Assembly (NCBI GenBank): GCA_001929475.1
Contig: LXFE01000205.1
Span: 1 to 52,690, forward strand
Reading direction: 5' to 3'
Source of the DNA: Neolecta irregularis DAH-3
Lineage: Eukaryota
DNA: 52,690 bases
In this document: piece by piece, positions 22,016 to 38,096 of the stretch
How the letters are laid out: each line of letters starts with the position of its first letter
How positions within the stretch are numbered: position 1 is the stretch's first letter
Notes under the pieces: generated by a model
Seen by the model: the letters and a program-made list of their open reading frames with translations, nothing else
Told to the model about the DNA's origin: nothing
Databases searched by the model: none
Made by a program: the position numbers and the translations under genes

Positions 22016-22187
22016 TAGATGATTCAAGATTGTGTTATTGGATTTTTGCGACTTTATTTTAGTGGAGGTTTGGGCTGGGCACACGTTTGTATGGGAGGAT
22101 AATCAGGCGGCTCGAATAAAAATGATCAACTTGGTATAATTACACTCTCGAACATACATCGATCGCTGTTTGCTTATTTTGAGAATT

Positions 22188-23797
<1,610 letters not shown>

Positions 23798-24145
23798 TCT
23801 CTTAATAAAGTTGTTTGATGTTGGACGCAGTAGTTTTGCCTCAAGCTGTTCACACAATTAGGGGGCCACCCACAAATATATGACAGGTGTTAATATTCTC
23901 GGATATCTGACTAAAAGATCTTGAGATTCTTGTATCTGTAGTATATAATTTTCTAAATTAAGGAGTTTATTTCGAAGGCCTAACTGTTCTTAAAGTAATA
24001 TATGGTCTCCTGATCACGAAACGCTTACAGTAGCCTATGTTGATATAGTCAATTTGTCATCGAGAATTCTCTTGCAAATTATGCCATGGCATTCCCGTCT
24101 ATAATCCACTTACCAAAGCTGCAACCATCTTTTAAAATGGATATC

Positions 24146-25029
24146 TCAAACCGTTCCAATCAGTATTTTCTCTGTAACAGAGCGAAAAGCGTCAAACGAA
24201 GCTGATTTCTGGTAAATAGAGACTAAAGAATCGTTCTTATTGCTTTTCATATGTTGCTGCTCGGTCATCGTAATAAATGCAGGGTCTATGGGTAGGCGAC
24301 CTAGGAATGGCACATTGTTCTCTACTGCTAGGATCTCTCCACCGCCTGTTGAAAAGATGTTTGTGCATTCCTGTTATTAGTATGTATCACATTTAGTGTT
24401 GCGTACCGAACAGTGTGGACATATAAAACCACTCATGTTTTCTATAACTCCCAGGACATTCAGGCCAACTTTATGACAGAAGTTTAACTCTTTTCGCACG
24501 TCTGCAGTGGCAATAGCTTGTGGTGTTGTGACCAGGATGGCACCATCGGGCTTAAGATCTGTTAGTTGCTCGGCCATACTAATATGCTCATCAGAGGTGC
24601 CTATATGTAAGCCCTCTGTCCGATCTGAAGCGTCTCTGATATACCAGGCGGCGTATCAATAAGCAGGTAATCCAGTTGTCCCCAAGCTACATCAGTCATG
24701 AATTGTTTTATCATAGCAGTTTTCTTGGGACCTCTCCAAACAACGCTGTCTCCCCGATTTCGACTCAGAAACCCGATACTCATGGCACAAAGCTTCTTAG
24801 AGTCATCCAAATATACTGGAATCCAGCCTGCAGAAGATTGGTGAACCTGACGACTTTCCAAGCCTAGCATCCGCGGAATGCTTGGGCCCGTGAGATCAAT
24901 GTCTAATATGCCAACTTTCTTTCCGCAAATGACTAATGACAAAGCAAGCTGGAGAGCTATTGAGGACTTCCCAACGCCGCCCTTTCCACTGAGAATAAGG
25001 ACGATATGAGATACATCTTTAAGAGACAT
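24146..25029 (-). CDS. CFD1: Cytosolic Fe-S cluster assembly P-loop NTPase Cfd1 (NUBP2)
   Basis: [30 protein letters not shown]; lacks the Nbp35 N-terminal Cys cluster; 2 introns. Confidence 0.93.
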
Positions 25030-25270
25030 TACGAGATGTTACCGAACTGGGAGGAGTGACATTAATTCATTGATACCATCTCATCTTATATCTACACAAA
25101 TATCATATTGTTCTATCTACAAGGCCTAAACTATAACAATACAGTATTGTATATGAAGGTTGAACAACTCAGATAAAATGTCGCTGTCAGCGTCCCTGTA
25201 ACTACTAAATTCAACTTGCAAGCATTCAATTCTGATCCCCCTTAGTCCGCGATAGATCACCTGTGAAGTA

Positions 25271-28200
25271 ATGATTGCTATATGTACGGCCGCCTGTCTG
25301 GCCGTTTTAATGGGTTCACTATCGCCATGTGCAGCCGTCAAACAATCCGATTTTATGAAATGTTACCAATCGTCGTTTTGTCGTAGAAATAGGGAATTCG
25401 CTGATAATGCTGCTGCTTCTGGAACCCAATGGATCAGCACATATAGTCTGGATGAATCTTCATTGACATTAGAGGCGGGTGTATTGAAAGGGATTGTCAC
25501 AAATGAGATATCAGAAGGTCAAATCATCGAACTACCCTTACAAGTTTCGTTCTTGAGAAGTGGACTTGCGAGGATTCAACTTGACGAGGAAAAACGACGA
25601 ATGGGAGACATCATACTTGTCGATGACAACCAACGAGTACGAAAGGAACGTTACAATGAGGCAGAGCAGTGGGTTATCGTTGATGGACTCGACATGGATA
25701 CGAGGGTTACTGAGAAAAGAACTGCCAATGGAATCACGAAGATCTCGTATGCGAATGGGAGACAAGAGCTCGTCATCATTCATACTCCTGTTAAGTTCCA
25801 ATTTTATCGTGACGGGGAGCTTGAAATAATACTTAACGGACGGGGATTGATGAACGTTGAACACTGGAGACCAAAATGTAAACACCAGGTGGACCACTTC
25901 ATGCTGACCGCTCCAGTAAAAGAATCCGATGATCGCGACGGTGAATGGAGAGAAATATGGAACGATAAGGTTGATTCAAAACCTCGAGGTTTTTCCACGT
26001 CAATGTTTCAATAAGTCTGATAGACGACAAGGGCCGGAGTCGATTGCTTTGGATATCAGCTTCAACGGTTATAATCATGTATATGGTATCCCTGAACATG
26101 CTTCCAATCTCTCCCTAAAGGAGACTCGGTACATTGCAAATCTCCTAAACCGGGTATTAATTTCTAAGAGGAGGACCTGGAAACTATGACGAACCATATC
26201 GATTATATAATCTTGATGTCTTTGAATACGAAGTAGACAGTCCAATGGCTCTCTACGGTGCGATTCCTTTCATTCAAGCACACAAAAAGGGAGCAGACGT
26301 GGGTATTTTCTGGCTTAATGCTGCAGAAACTTGGATCGACATTGAAAAATCTGAAGTATTCAAGATTTGTATCAATTACTGAGTGCCAGTCCTCCACGTC
26401 GTCTTTTTCAAATTACAACTCCACACATACTCATTGGATGTCGGAATCTGGAATCCTTGACGTCTTTATCTTTCTCGGCCCTGACGCACCTACTATTTAC
26501 AACCAATTAGGTGAACTAACCGGATATACCGCGTTACCTCGATCATTTGCTATAGCGTATCATCAGTGCAGGTGGAATTATAACGACGAGGATGACGTTA
26601 AACAGGTTAATGACAATTTCGACAAATTTGATATACCATACGACGTCATCTGGCTTGACATTGAACACACTGACGATAAAAAATATTTCACATGGGACAC
26701 GAAGAACTTCCTTGCCCCAAAGAAGATGTTGGCCGAATTGGATCAGGCAAAGCGAAAGGTACCCCCTTCTTTTCTGGAGTCTTATTCCTGACTTGGTTTA
26801 GTTGGTAACTATTGTCGACCCACATATAAAAAGAGATTCGACTTACTATGTCTACGAAGAGTTCCTCAAAGCTGATTTATTCGTCAAGAATAGAGATGGC
26901 CTTGATTTTAGCGGATGGTGCTGGCCAGGGCACTCATTGTGGATTGACTTCTTCAATCCAAAGGCACATGAAGCGTGGAAATCAATGTTTACGTTCGAAA
27001 ACTACGAAGTAAAAAACATCCTGCATCTTCTCTGGGGTCATGACTAACATAAGAATTATAGGGCTCGGAGGAAAATCTTTTCATATGGAATGATATGAAC
27101 GAGCCTTCTGTATTCGATGGACCAGAAATAACCATGTTTAAAGACAGCCTCCACTACAACGGGTGGGAACACAGAGATCTTCATAATCTCTATGGAATGC
27201 TGTTCCATAATTCAACTGCAAGTGGAGTCAGTCATCGAACATTGAAACAGCTTCGCCCATTTGTTCTTTCCAGGTCTTTTTATGCCGGATCTCAACGAGT
27301 CGGTGCAATCTGGACGGGTGATAATACTGCACACTGGAGCCATCTGGAGATCGCAACCCCGATGTTGCTTTCCAACGGCATTGCAGGAATGGCCTTCTCA
27401 GGAGGTATGAAAATCTCTCTCTTTTTATGTCACTGATATGTTAGCTGATGTCGGCGGTTTCTTTGGCGATCCCCAAGCAGATCTGATTGTTCGATGGTAT
27501 CAAGCAGGAGCATTCTATCCATTTTTCCGCGCCCATGCCCATCTCGATACTCATCGCCGGGAACCATGGATGTTAGGCGAACCATACATTGGTCTTATTC
27601 GAAATGCAATTCGTTTACGATACCAACTTTTACCAATGTGGTATACTGCATTCCATGACGCTAGCGTCTGCGGGATGCCGATTATGCGGCCTCAATTCGT
27701 CATATTCCCAGATGATACTGAAGGCTTCGACATTGATACTCAATTTTATGTTGGAGATTCAGGATTGTTGGTTCGTCCTGTAACTGCAGAAGGAGCCACC
27801 AATGCAGACGTTTATTTTGCCGACGAAGAGGTCACAGTCATCAAAGCATTCCTGAATTGACCTATATAGCCCTATTATGACTATTTTGATTACACCTTAT
27901 ACAAAGGCCGCGGTTATAAGAATATTGAAGCTGGTTTAGAAAAGACACCAGTGTTCATTCAGGGTGGACATATCGTGACGCGAAGGGATCGTGTTCGAAG
28001 ATCGTCTGATCTCATGAGGAACGATCCATTTACATTTATCATAGCACTCAGCAACGATGTTTAAGCCTTTTGAGAACTGTTGACTAAACAAAATAGGGTG
28101 ATGCTTCAGGAAACATTTATCTTGATGATGGCGAATCCTACGATTACAAATCTGGAGCTTACCTCTTGCGCCGTTTCAGGTTCTCTTGCAAGAATAAGAA

Positions 28201-28459
28201 GTTTTTTTCGATAGATTTACATCCTGTCCCATCCGAAGCAAGGGATTATCTCAGGACGATTGAACATCTCCGAATAGAAAAACTCATTATTCTTGGGGCC
28301 GATGAGAAATTTTCTCGCGGAATCGTCAAGATCACTCAGGGCGGAAGGGTTTGGGAGACCGAGGCTACTTTCGAGAGAGGACAGAAGGGAAAAGCCAACG
28401 TGCTTATCTTGCGTGACCCAGGAGTTTTGATTTCCAGAGACTTCATTATTGATCTCTAG
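25271..28459 (+). CDS. ROT2: ER glucosidase II alpha subunit (GH31), 10 exons
   Basis: Signal peptide, [26 protein letters not shown], catalytic [22 protein letters not shown]. Confidence 0.95.
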
Positions 28460-28776
28460 ATGAGCTTCCAATTTATTACATGTAGAGTAAGTGAGTTACA
28501 TGTACGAGACATTTTCTCTGCAGTCCTGATTTTGTCTCATGGCTTGAGATTCGGAGCATGAAAGTGAAACTCACCACCAGAAAATCATCAAAGCTGAGCC
28601 CCTTCCCCCTTTTCGCAAACCGCAACCTGTATAAAATTCTACCTAAAACTCCGATATTGTAGCAAGCTGAAAATCTCGCGGTACTACCTCTCGCGTGCGC
28701 TTAAAGAGCTGTTGTATATTTGCTACTTGCGTAATTCAACTTCATCTGACGACTGACCTCGTAATATTTCTCCACC

Positions 28777-31700
28777 ATGCGTCATTTCGGACTTCTCGAA
28801 GCACCAACTTTCTACCCCACAAAAGAAGAGTTTTCGGATTCTTTATCGTTCATCGCTTCTATCGCTGAAGAAGGACGGAAATTTGGCATCGTGAAAATTG
28901 TTCCTCCAGAAGGATGGAAACCACAGTTCGCTATTGATCCTCAGGTAAACGCATGTATTGCACAATATGTTCTTATTTTCTCTAGAAGTTCTCCTTCCGC
29001 ACACGCAAGCAAGAACTAAATTCTATGGAGGGTGGTACGAGAACAAGCCTTCAATATCTCGACCATCTTTTTCGGTTTCATAAACAGCAAGGGACAAATG
29101 TCGCTCGATTGCCGGTCCTCGATAAATGTCCCATTGACCTTTATAAGCTCAAAAAGGAGGTCGAGTCAAGAGGTGGCCTTAATTTGGTAGGGATCTCTCC
29201 TGGACAATGTTATTGACTCGGGCAAGGTTACCGAGCAAAAGAAATGGGCGGAAATTGGCCGAGCCATGGGTTATGGGAAATGGAAACTGAATACCGCCAT
29301 TTCAAGTTCATTAAAAAGCGCTTACCAGAAATTCGTTTTACCCTACGAAATATATCTTGTGAGGATTCGCAATATGTCTTCAACTCCTCCTGAGGGACGA
29401 ACCAATAGTTTGCTGTTGGAAACGGGACTATCTGAAGAGGAGGATGGTAAGATGGAAGATATCTCTGACGACGAGCCGAAAGGTGTTAAACGGCCACTTG
29501 ATGATAACAATGACAGTCTGGCTCTGTTAAACCAGTTTGACAAGTTAAGCGACGAAGACCTTAAGAATGCTATACTAGATGGCGATCAGGATACGTTAAA
29601 AGCTGCGGAAGAAGGAGAACGCAAGCTTAACAAAAGTAGCCGCAAACGTATTAAACGAGGTACTGATCCCACTGACTTCAATATATCAACCGTCATAGAC
29701 CCTGATGCTCCGATGATTGCTGGTTCGAATATGACGCCTCATACCATGCCGACCTCGCCAGTTAAAAAGCTTGTGAGCAATGCTAGAGCTAAGAAAGGCG
29801 ATGTGAGAGGCCATACAAGTTACAACACAGGACTAAATAGTCAGAACTGCGAAGCCTGCGGCCGTGGAGATGACGCTACTTCAATCCTCCTATGCGATGG
29901 ATGCGATGCGGGGTTTCACATCTATTGCCTGGAGCCACCCATGGCTTCTGTTCCAAAGAAACAATGGTATTGTAGTAATTGCCTTGTTGGAAATGGAGAA
30001 TATGGATTCGAGGATGGAAGAGAATATCTGCTGCCGCAATTCGAACAAAAGGCGAACGAGTTCAGACACGACTACTTTACGAGAAAACAAAATCAAGAAG
30101 CTGAAACGAATGGTGATGAAGCCAAGCTGCTCACCGCCGGAGACGTTGAACGTGAATTTTGGCGACTCGTTGAAAGTGTTCACGAAACTGTAGAAGTGGA
30201 ATATGGAGCTGATATCCATTCTACTACCAGAGGTAGTGGATTCCCAACTATCGAACGAAACCCTCTAGATCCGTATTCAACAGATTCATGGAATCTCAAT
30301 GTCATGCCTCTTGCGCAAGAGTCTCTGTTTCGACACATTAAATCTGATATATCGGGAATGACAGTACCATGGCTGTACGTTGGCATGTGTTTTTCGACTT
30401 TCTGCTGGCATAACGAAGACCATTATGCTTATTCTGTCAACTATCAACATGTTGGTGATATCAAAACCTGGTATGGGATTCCTGGTGAAGACTCGGAGAA
30501 ATTTGAAGCTGCGATGAGAAAAGCGGTTCCTGAGCTCTTTGAATCCCAGCCGGATCTTCTTTTTCAGTTGGTTACAATGTTGAGTCCTGGGAGATTGGTC
30601 AAGGAAGGCGTGAGAGTCTATGCTATCGATCAGAAGCCGAACGAATTTGTCATTACATTTCCAAAGGCATATCACGCTGGGTTTAATCAGGGGGTGTGTA
30701 CGCCCTTCTAGATTTTCTCTGATCTTAGTATAATGTGAACGAAGCTGTTAACTTTGCACCAGCGGACTGGGAGCCATTTGGACGTGAATGTGTCGCCCGA
30801 TATCAGGAATTTCGCAAGATCCCAGTATTTTCACACGATGAACTTCTTCTTAGCGCAGCTGCGCGAGACAGCTCAATAAGAACTGCGATTTGGCTGACGC
30901 AAGGTCTTGAAGATATGAAGAATAGGGAATTTGCGGGTCGTCACCTGATTCGTTCAACGTACCCCGAGATCAAATCAGAAGTCATGGAAGAAGGTGTATC
31001 GGAAGAGCAATACCAATGCAGCATTTGCAAGACTTTTACTTTCCTTTCTCAGATTACCTGCTCCTGCACATCAAATATCGCTTGTTCGGCTCATGTTGAA
31101 GAATTATGTGATTGCAACATCAGTAGTAGAATTCTTCGCCTACACCGATCTGATGAATGGATATCAGATCTCACCACTCGGATTGCCGAGCGAGCGAGGC
31201 TGCCAACTGCCTGGCTAGAGAAACTACATACTGTAGTCGCACAAAATCAACGACCTCCTCTCAAAGCCCTTCGTACTCTATTGTCAGAAGGCGAGCGAAT
31301 TAATTATCCTATTCCAGATGTGGCCCCCTTGAAGGCTTTCGTCGAAGCCGCGAATGAGTGGGTTGAAGAAGCAAGCCGTTTTCAAACTCGAAGTGGTCCC
31401 AATCGCCGGAAAAATGGCAAACTTTGGAGAAAATCCGGCCAGGTTGTAGAACTCGAACAGCGGGACAAGAACCATAGATCCCCGGAACATCTTAAGAATC
31501 TTCTACGGCAAGCCGAGAAAATGGCTTTCAGTTCTCCAGAAATCGATCATCTTCATGACAAAGATTTAGCTATCGACAACTTTCGCCTTCACGTCCGAGA
31601 AATCATCAAGACTAGCCTGACTGTCGAACAATGCGAAGCTGCGATTGCAAGTGGTCTTGCACTCAATGTTGATCTCCCGGAAATCGAGGCTTTGCAAATC

Positions 31701-33587
31701 CATTTGAAACAAATAACGTGGGAACTCAAAGCGGATGCTGCATTATCAAGATATCTTACCCTCAAGGAGGTGGATGAGCTTATCCTCGACGGCTTGAGTC
31801 AAAAGATCAGCCCCACATTATGTAACCAGCTCCGTCGTCTCATTGAACGTCAAGCTCTTGGTCAAGAATGGGAGAACAAAGCGGCGTCTTTGTTGTCACA
31901 GGAAACTATATCGATCGACTTGCTCAAAATACACCTTGAACAAGCTTCGGCGAAATCAGTACATCTTGAGACCGTTGAAAAGATGAAGGATGTCATCAAG
32001 CAAGCTCGTACTGTTAGCGAAGGAGCCCGCGAAATGATCGAGCGAAGTAGAGTTCCTATTTTCGGGGATCGTCCACTTGCAGAAGAAGCCCGACAAGTAA
32101 AAGAGTCTATGGAAACGTTGCCCAGTAAACCTGTAGAAGCTGCAGAACTTGATAAATTGTATCATAAAATCGAGGATTGGATCAGAAAAGGAAAGCGGTT
32201 GTTTGGAAAGGCGAATGCAACACTTAATATCTTCAAACAGCATATGGAGTATGTGGAACATCGAAATGAGGCATGCCTTTCTATCACAGATAAGCCTCGT
32301 GCACCAATCGAGCCCTCTTCACGAGAGCATACTCCTGAGCTCAACGGTAATCCAATGAATGGTGACGGTTTCAAGGGCCCACGAGATGTATTTTGTTTCT
32401 GTCGGCAACCTGAAGCGGGATTGATGATCAACTGTGAATGCTGTCAAGAATGGTATGAGTCTCATGGTCTATTAAAAATTTAAACATAAGGTACCATAGC
32501 AGATGCCTGAAGATGTCAAGGAAACGACTTAAAGACGAAGAGCATTACACCTGCGCTGTGTGTGATTACAGAGTTACAATTCCTCGACAAGCTGACCGTC
32601 CTCGTCTCGATGACCTTCAAATTCTTCTCGAAGATGCGTATCTCCTTCCGTTTGTTCCAGAAGAACTTGCCATACTCGAAAGAGTAGTAGACAGAGCTTT
32701 GATTTTCAAAGGCGTCATTGAACCAATTCTCAATTCTCCATTTCTTACTAGTGCCGAATTGCCGATGCTTAGGTTCTATCTGAGAAAACTAGAAGGTTCA
32801 GAAGTTTTGTTCCTTGAAGAAACGAATTTCCTTCGTCGTAAGGTCCATGATTTGAATCCAATCGCACCAGCTCCACCTCCTGTAATAGGTCAGTCGAAGT
32901 CAACACGGAAGCCTCGCCCATCGAAACGACAAAAGGAACTCATGGCGGAAGGTCTTACTCTTGTTGAAGCACAAACACAAGAGCGAAGGGAGAAAGAAGC
33001 TGCTGCTGCTGCTGCACCCCCAAGATCCACACCTAAATCTCGGAGTCTCAAAAATACCGCTCCAAATTCACGAAACAGTTATCCAACACACTTAAGCAAT
33101 GACGCTGTAGGGATATGTACCTCGGCACGGAATAGCCCTGTTTCGCATACCCCACCACCACCTACTTGTATCTGTAATAGGCGGATTTCATCCAATGAAG
33201 CAGTTACATGTGCACATTGTCAGAGACGATATCATGTCGAATGTATTTGTGGAGCAGATTCAGTTGGTCCAAACCAACTTCTTCCTACTTATCTATGGTA
33301 TCAAATTTTAATTTGGTCATGTTAACATGAGCAGTCCCCATTGTAGTAAAGAATCCCAACAGTCTGCATATTCACACTATCCCGAATCATCGCAGCCTCT
33401 GGACATCCAGCCAGCTCAATCTGCCAATATATTTGAGCAGTATGCCTCGGGAGCTACTCTAGATAGTAACGCTTTTGCTGTAGTTGGAAGTACAGAAAGA
33501 AACCTAGTTAATGCTTTGGGAGGATATGCACATTCTAGTATGACGGATCAGGATGACAAATTTGTGGAGTCATTTCTTAATAATTAG
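28777..33587 (+). CDS. lid2: KDM5/JARID1 H3K4 demethylase (JmjN-ARID-PHD-JmjC-C5HC2-PLU1-PHD-PHD)
   Basis: EAPTFYPTKEEF, VEYGADIHST, FCWHNEDH, FPKAYHAGFNQG, three PHD fingers; 7 introns. Confidence 0.95.
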
Positions 33588-33753
33588 GCACTGTTACCTG
33601 TTATATTTGTGGTTGTTCGCTGTCCTGTTTTACTTTTGTGTACATGCTCTTTTCTTAAACTCCTCTTACTTGGTGTTACTAAAGTTTCAAGTCTTTCTGT
33701 TTGTTGAAAAGAAATACCAAACACATTCCGAAATTTGACTTTTAGTGAGATGC

Positions 33754-35870
33754 TTAGACATTCAAAAGTCTCCACAAGGCATGACGATCTGGATACTCAT
33801 GAGAAATTAAACACACAAGCCATCTTGTTTCCATTACTTTGTCGATCAAATTTGCAGTGGGCGACTTTGGAGGATATAACTGTCTCCAGAGGCCAAATGT
33901 TGCGAATGCTTCATCCTACTTCTTAAGCACATGCTAAACGTGGATCTTATCTATCTAACCTTCCACGCCTTGAACGCGATTTCTTCGACAATTGTTGGCT
34001 GAACTATCTCCTTCCCAGGAAATACACCCCACACAACAGCATTGGAGGCCGACTCACTTGTGTTTGTAAGAAACTCACCCTGGCGTAAATTCAAGGAGAA
34101 TATCCGATTCATACTGTGTTGTTTCCTGCATAGAATGAGAACAGCTCACTGTCCTTTATTCGTGCATGAAAAGCGTGCCAATCTTTCTGGTCTATGAAGA
34201 ACTCCACGAAAGCCTTGCTTTTGTTAATTACTGGGAGATAGATATTGTTTATGCTTTTTGGTATACCCATCCACCACATGGGCCCCATCCAAAAATTGGA
34301 TCATCACTGGGTACGCCAGAGATTGCAGGTTGACTACTTAGAGTCCACCAACCTCTTTCATTTAACCGCAGAAGATGGTCTCTGATTGTACTAGTCTCCG
34401 GGTTGAGTTCCAGCTCTGACCATGGGATCGCAGAAATATCCTGTCTCAAGTAGGAGCAAAAAACATTTGATATATCATTCACAGTGGCCGGGTGACCCCA
34501 AAATTGTAGCGCTTGTTGTGAGGGGATATGTAAAGAAACTCCGTATCCATCAATTTCTCCGAAAGCTAGAGGACTTAACTTTGCTTATTGCCAAAAACAT
34601 ACCAGGTGATCGAGCATCACCAAATCGCCCGTTAGTATACTCGTCCCATGTAGCTTGCCTACCCATTGCTCCTTCGCCTTCAGAGACCGATAATGCAACA
34701 GAAGCTGGCGTTTCAATGTCGGCGAGAGTTGCTGCATCAGTTGTAGAAGTGACCAAATCGATGTTGTGCAGACCTTGACAGATCTCTTCTACAATTATGC
34801 GGGTATGAGGGTTGGAAATCAATGAAGTGGTACGTCGTGAGTTCTTCGAAATATTTGATGTTGTGAATGCGGAATCGTCGATAGCAAAACTTGATCTTTC
34901 CCTATATTTCTGTACTGATTCAAGAAGCCCACTCTTTTCTATTACAAATGCAACGTTTCTTTCTAGATTTAATGTGCAGAAATGAAAGCCTCGACATCGA
35001 CCTTTGGTTTGAGTTTGAATGGCCTGAATCATACTGACTGCAACTTCTACGCCCATCTCCTTTATAGTTTGATCGTCTCTTTTCACTGATTCTAGTTTCT
35101 TCAACAAGGATGGGGGAACTTCTGCGTGAGTCAGCTTTGTGAGTCGTCGGAATGATTGATAAGATTGGATTGGCATAATAGCAGGAATGATGGGTATCAA
35201 TTCAAACAATCCAGACTCATGTTCCCTTAACACCTTTTCGTAATCGATGAATTTTTGTGTATCATAGAATAGTTGAGTAATGATCAAATCTGCGCCAGCG
35301 CGAACTTTCTCGATAAGATAGGGAAGATCGATCTTGGGATCTTGATATCTGGGTGATGAACCCTCTGAATGTCCTTCAGGATACCCTGCAACGGCAATAC
35401 AGAACCAGTCGTCGTATTTGCGCCGAATATGTCGGACTAAATCGATGGCGTACTGATATTCGGTAGGAGAATCTGCCCAATATTCGGTTGTGCGAGGGGG
35501 GTCTCCACGAAGCGCTAGAATATTCCTGATACCAGCAGCTTTGGCTTTCTCGAGTGTATCGTCTAGGACGATTTGATTCATGTTGGTACAAGTGAGATGG
35601 AGCATTGTTGTGAGTCCATATTCATTCTGACATGCTGCTGCAAGTTCAAAAGTCGACTGCGCGGTACTTCCTCCTGCTCCCCAAGTCACACTTACGAAAA
35701 GGGGATTAAAGCGGGACATTCGTGATATTCGAGAATGAAGATTCGCCATCCCCTACAAATCAGGTGTGATGTTGGTAATATATCGTGCATACGGCATCGG
35801 TTTTTGGAGGAAAAAACTCATAAGAATAGAACGGCCCCTGCCATTCGTTTAACGCCTTCGTGAGTTTCAT
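33754..35870 (-). CDS. MET12: Methylenetetrahydrofolate reductase (Met12-type)
   Basis: [62 protein letters not shown]; 5 introns, 34214-34254 is GC-AG. Confidence 0.93.
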
Positions 35871-36502
35871 ATGGGGGAGAGGGGTCACAAGTAACAAGCC
35901 AAATGACGTCCTCACAAAGAAGACAAGTTGATAATGGATTTGGAATAAACTACTTCATAACTACATACCGGACAACCTACACAATCGATCAGTACAAGGC
36001 TAAGAGAAGATGTATTGAGAAAATCTATATTGTAGCTCAGAAGTAAATGCCCGTGGGAGAGTCGACATGATCAACTTCAAATAATGGTTGACTGAGTTTA
36101 CCAGATGTTTTTGCCAGTCATCACAGCCTATCCGGAATAATCAAACCCCACATACCTGGAGAAAAAAGTCCATTTCAACGGTGCAAATGTATGGAATCAT
36201 AGGTCATCACCAGCCATGGGCAGTGCACAATTGCGCCGCGCGACGAAGCAATGGTTTTAAGCTCCAACAATCGATCGATATTTCGATTTCAGTATGTGCC
36301 CTGGATATCTGCTAGAAATGTCGGTTCATGTCGAACCGTATCAAGACGTGACACCGAGATATTGGGCAAGATATTTTCCCGGAAGGCGCACGGCCTCGCC
36401 TTTTATAGACTTTTTCCCCAACCACCAAAATTCTTCTAACCTTTCACTTTTGAAATTACACAAACTATCCTGCCATTTTGCCTATGGACTGATAAAATCA
36501 CA

Positions 36503-37286
36503 ATGTCGATTTCTACTAGTATGTCAAAGCTTGTACAGTTACAGCGTCCACTGTCTCATTCACCAAACTCTTCATTATCCATCATTGAAAGTTCTCACGG
36601 GCGCACCATCCACTACGATTCAACAGCATCCATTGTATCCAGTAATTACAAACAGACTTCTCTAAGGAATCAATGGATATTGTGGTTCGTTCGATTTGTT
36701 GGGTGAACCATGTTGACATAGTCAGGTACTTGCATAGATCACCTGGACAAAAGATACACAATTACGAAAAGGCAACACGGAAAATCGCCTCTTTTTCTTC
36801 AGTAAAGATTATACTGGTATTTCTGTGCTTATTTTCGAGGTAGAAGAATTTTGGGCAGTCTTCGTTCATTTACAACGTCCTTCCTCACTGCCAAATATCT
36901 CCGACATTCATATCTTCAAATCAGGGATTCAGCCTATGTGGGAGGATCCTATAAATATTGACGGAGGAAAGTGGATCCTTCGCTTGCGCAAGGGAATTGC
37001 AAACAGATACTGGGAAGAAATCGCCATGGCACTAGTTGGAGATCAGTTCGGCGAGGAGGTCTGCGGAGCTGTTCTTAGTGTGCGGAACCTCGAAGACGTG
37101 ATTAGCATCTGGGTGAAGAGCACGATCCGGGGAAATATCAAGGTCAAAGGCATACTAAAAATGGTGGTAGACTGTCCCTCAGATACTATCATAGACTTCA
37201 AAAGCCACAGAGAAGCGATGAATCAGCAGAAACACAATCATCACCATTACCAACAGCTGCAGGCTAGGAGAGAAGAGTCGATGTAA
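36503..37286 (+). CDS. EIF4E2: eIF4E class II (4EHP/eIF4E2) cap-binding protein
   Basis: LRNQWILW|Y, NYEK (Tyr at the Trp56-equivalent position), S|VEEFW, PMWEDP.N..GGKWILRLRKG, CGAVLSVR. Confidence 0.88.
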
Positions 37287-37340
37287 AGGGTATATTAAGA
37301 TGACAGAAGATGTACCATTTGTAACGAATGTTCAAATCTA

Positions 37341-38096
37341 CTATAATGTTCTTAGCGGGCTGCTTTGCGCATTGGTGATGGACTCGAGAACAATTTTCAT
37401 AATCGCCTCTTGAACATCCTCCAGACTTTCAGATGCATCAAGGACTCGCCAGTCGTCTTTTTCTTTGGGAATTTCTTTTAGTTTGTTGAAGACATGTCTA
37501 ACACAGTGTTGCATCTCCTTTTCTTCATATCGTTCTTTGCCGTATCCAGCTCGAGTGCACGCGACTTCTTCAGAAATATCCAGAAATATCACGGCGTCTG
37601 GGCGAGGAAGCCCGACATCGGGATTTCTACACCAACTGAAATCCAAACCCTTGTTGTGAGTTGGGCAGGACAAGCAGTGCTTGCCTTCGCACATGTAAAC
37701 GCAACTCCAGAATAGACATATCGATCTACGATGACAGTAATCCCTTCGTGTATGTCTCGCAAAAGACTCTCTCTAAGCGATTAGTTTTGACAGGACCAGG
37801 CTGATTGGGCAAACCTCGCTTCCCATCTATTTGCCGAAAACAGCAAGTGGATAGCCTGGTCATCTAAATCTGATTGATTCTTTAAGTATGAGTCAATCAT
37901 TTTGCCAATTGGAGTTTCTCTGTCCAGCTTTCTTAGTCTATATATTCAATGATGTTTTACCTGGGAACTTCCGAAGCTTTGATGCTATGCCCGTTTGTTG
38001 AAGTTTCGTCATAAGCATAGCACATTGGGATGACTTCCCAGAACGATCAAGGCCTTCTATGGCAATAAACGCCCCGCGCCTATTTGTACTTGTCAT
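37341..38096 (-). CDS. CDC8: Thymidylate kinase (4 exons; an in-frame upstream ATG at 38126 is possible)
   Basis: [64 protein letters not shown]. Confidence 0.95.

Noticed and set aside
28538-28776. Additional upstream lid2 coding exons
   Set aside because: An in-frame TAA lies just upstream of ATG 28777 with no acceptor between them, and trial splicings ran into stops
36294-36665. Regulatory uORF overlapping the eIF4E2 start
   Set aside because: The TSS is unknown and the ORF has no recognisable features; it cannot be supported from sequence alone
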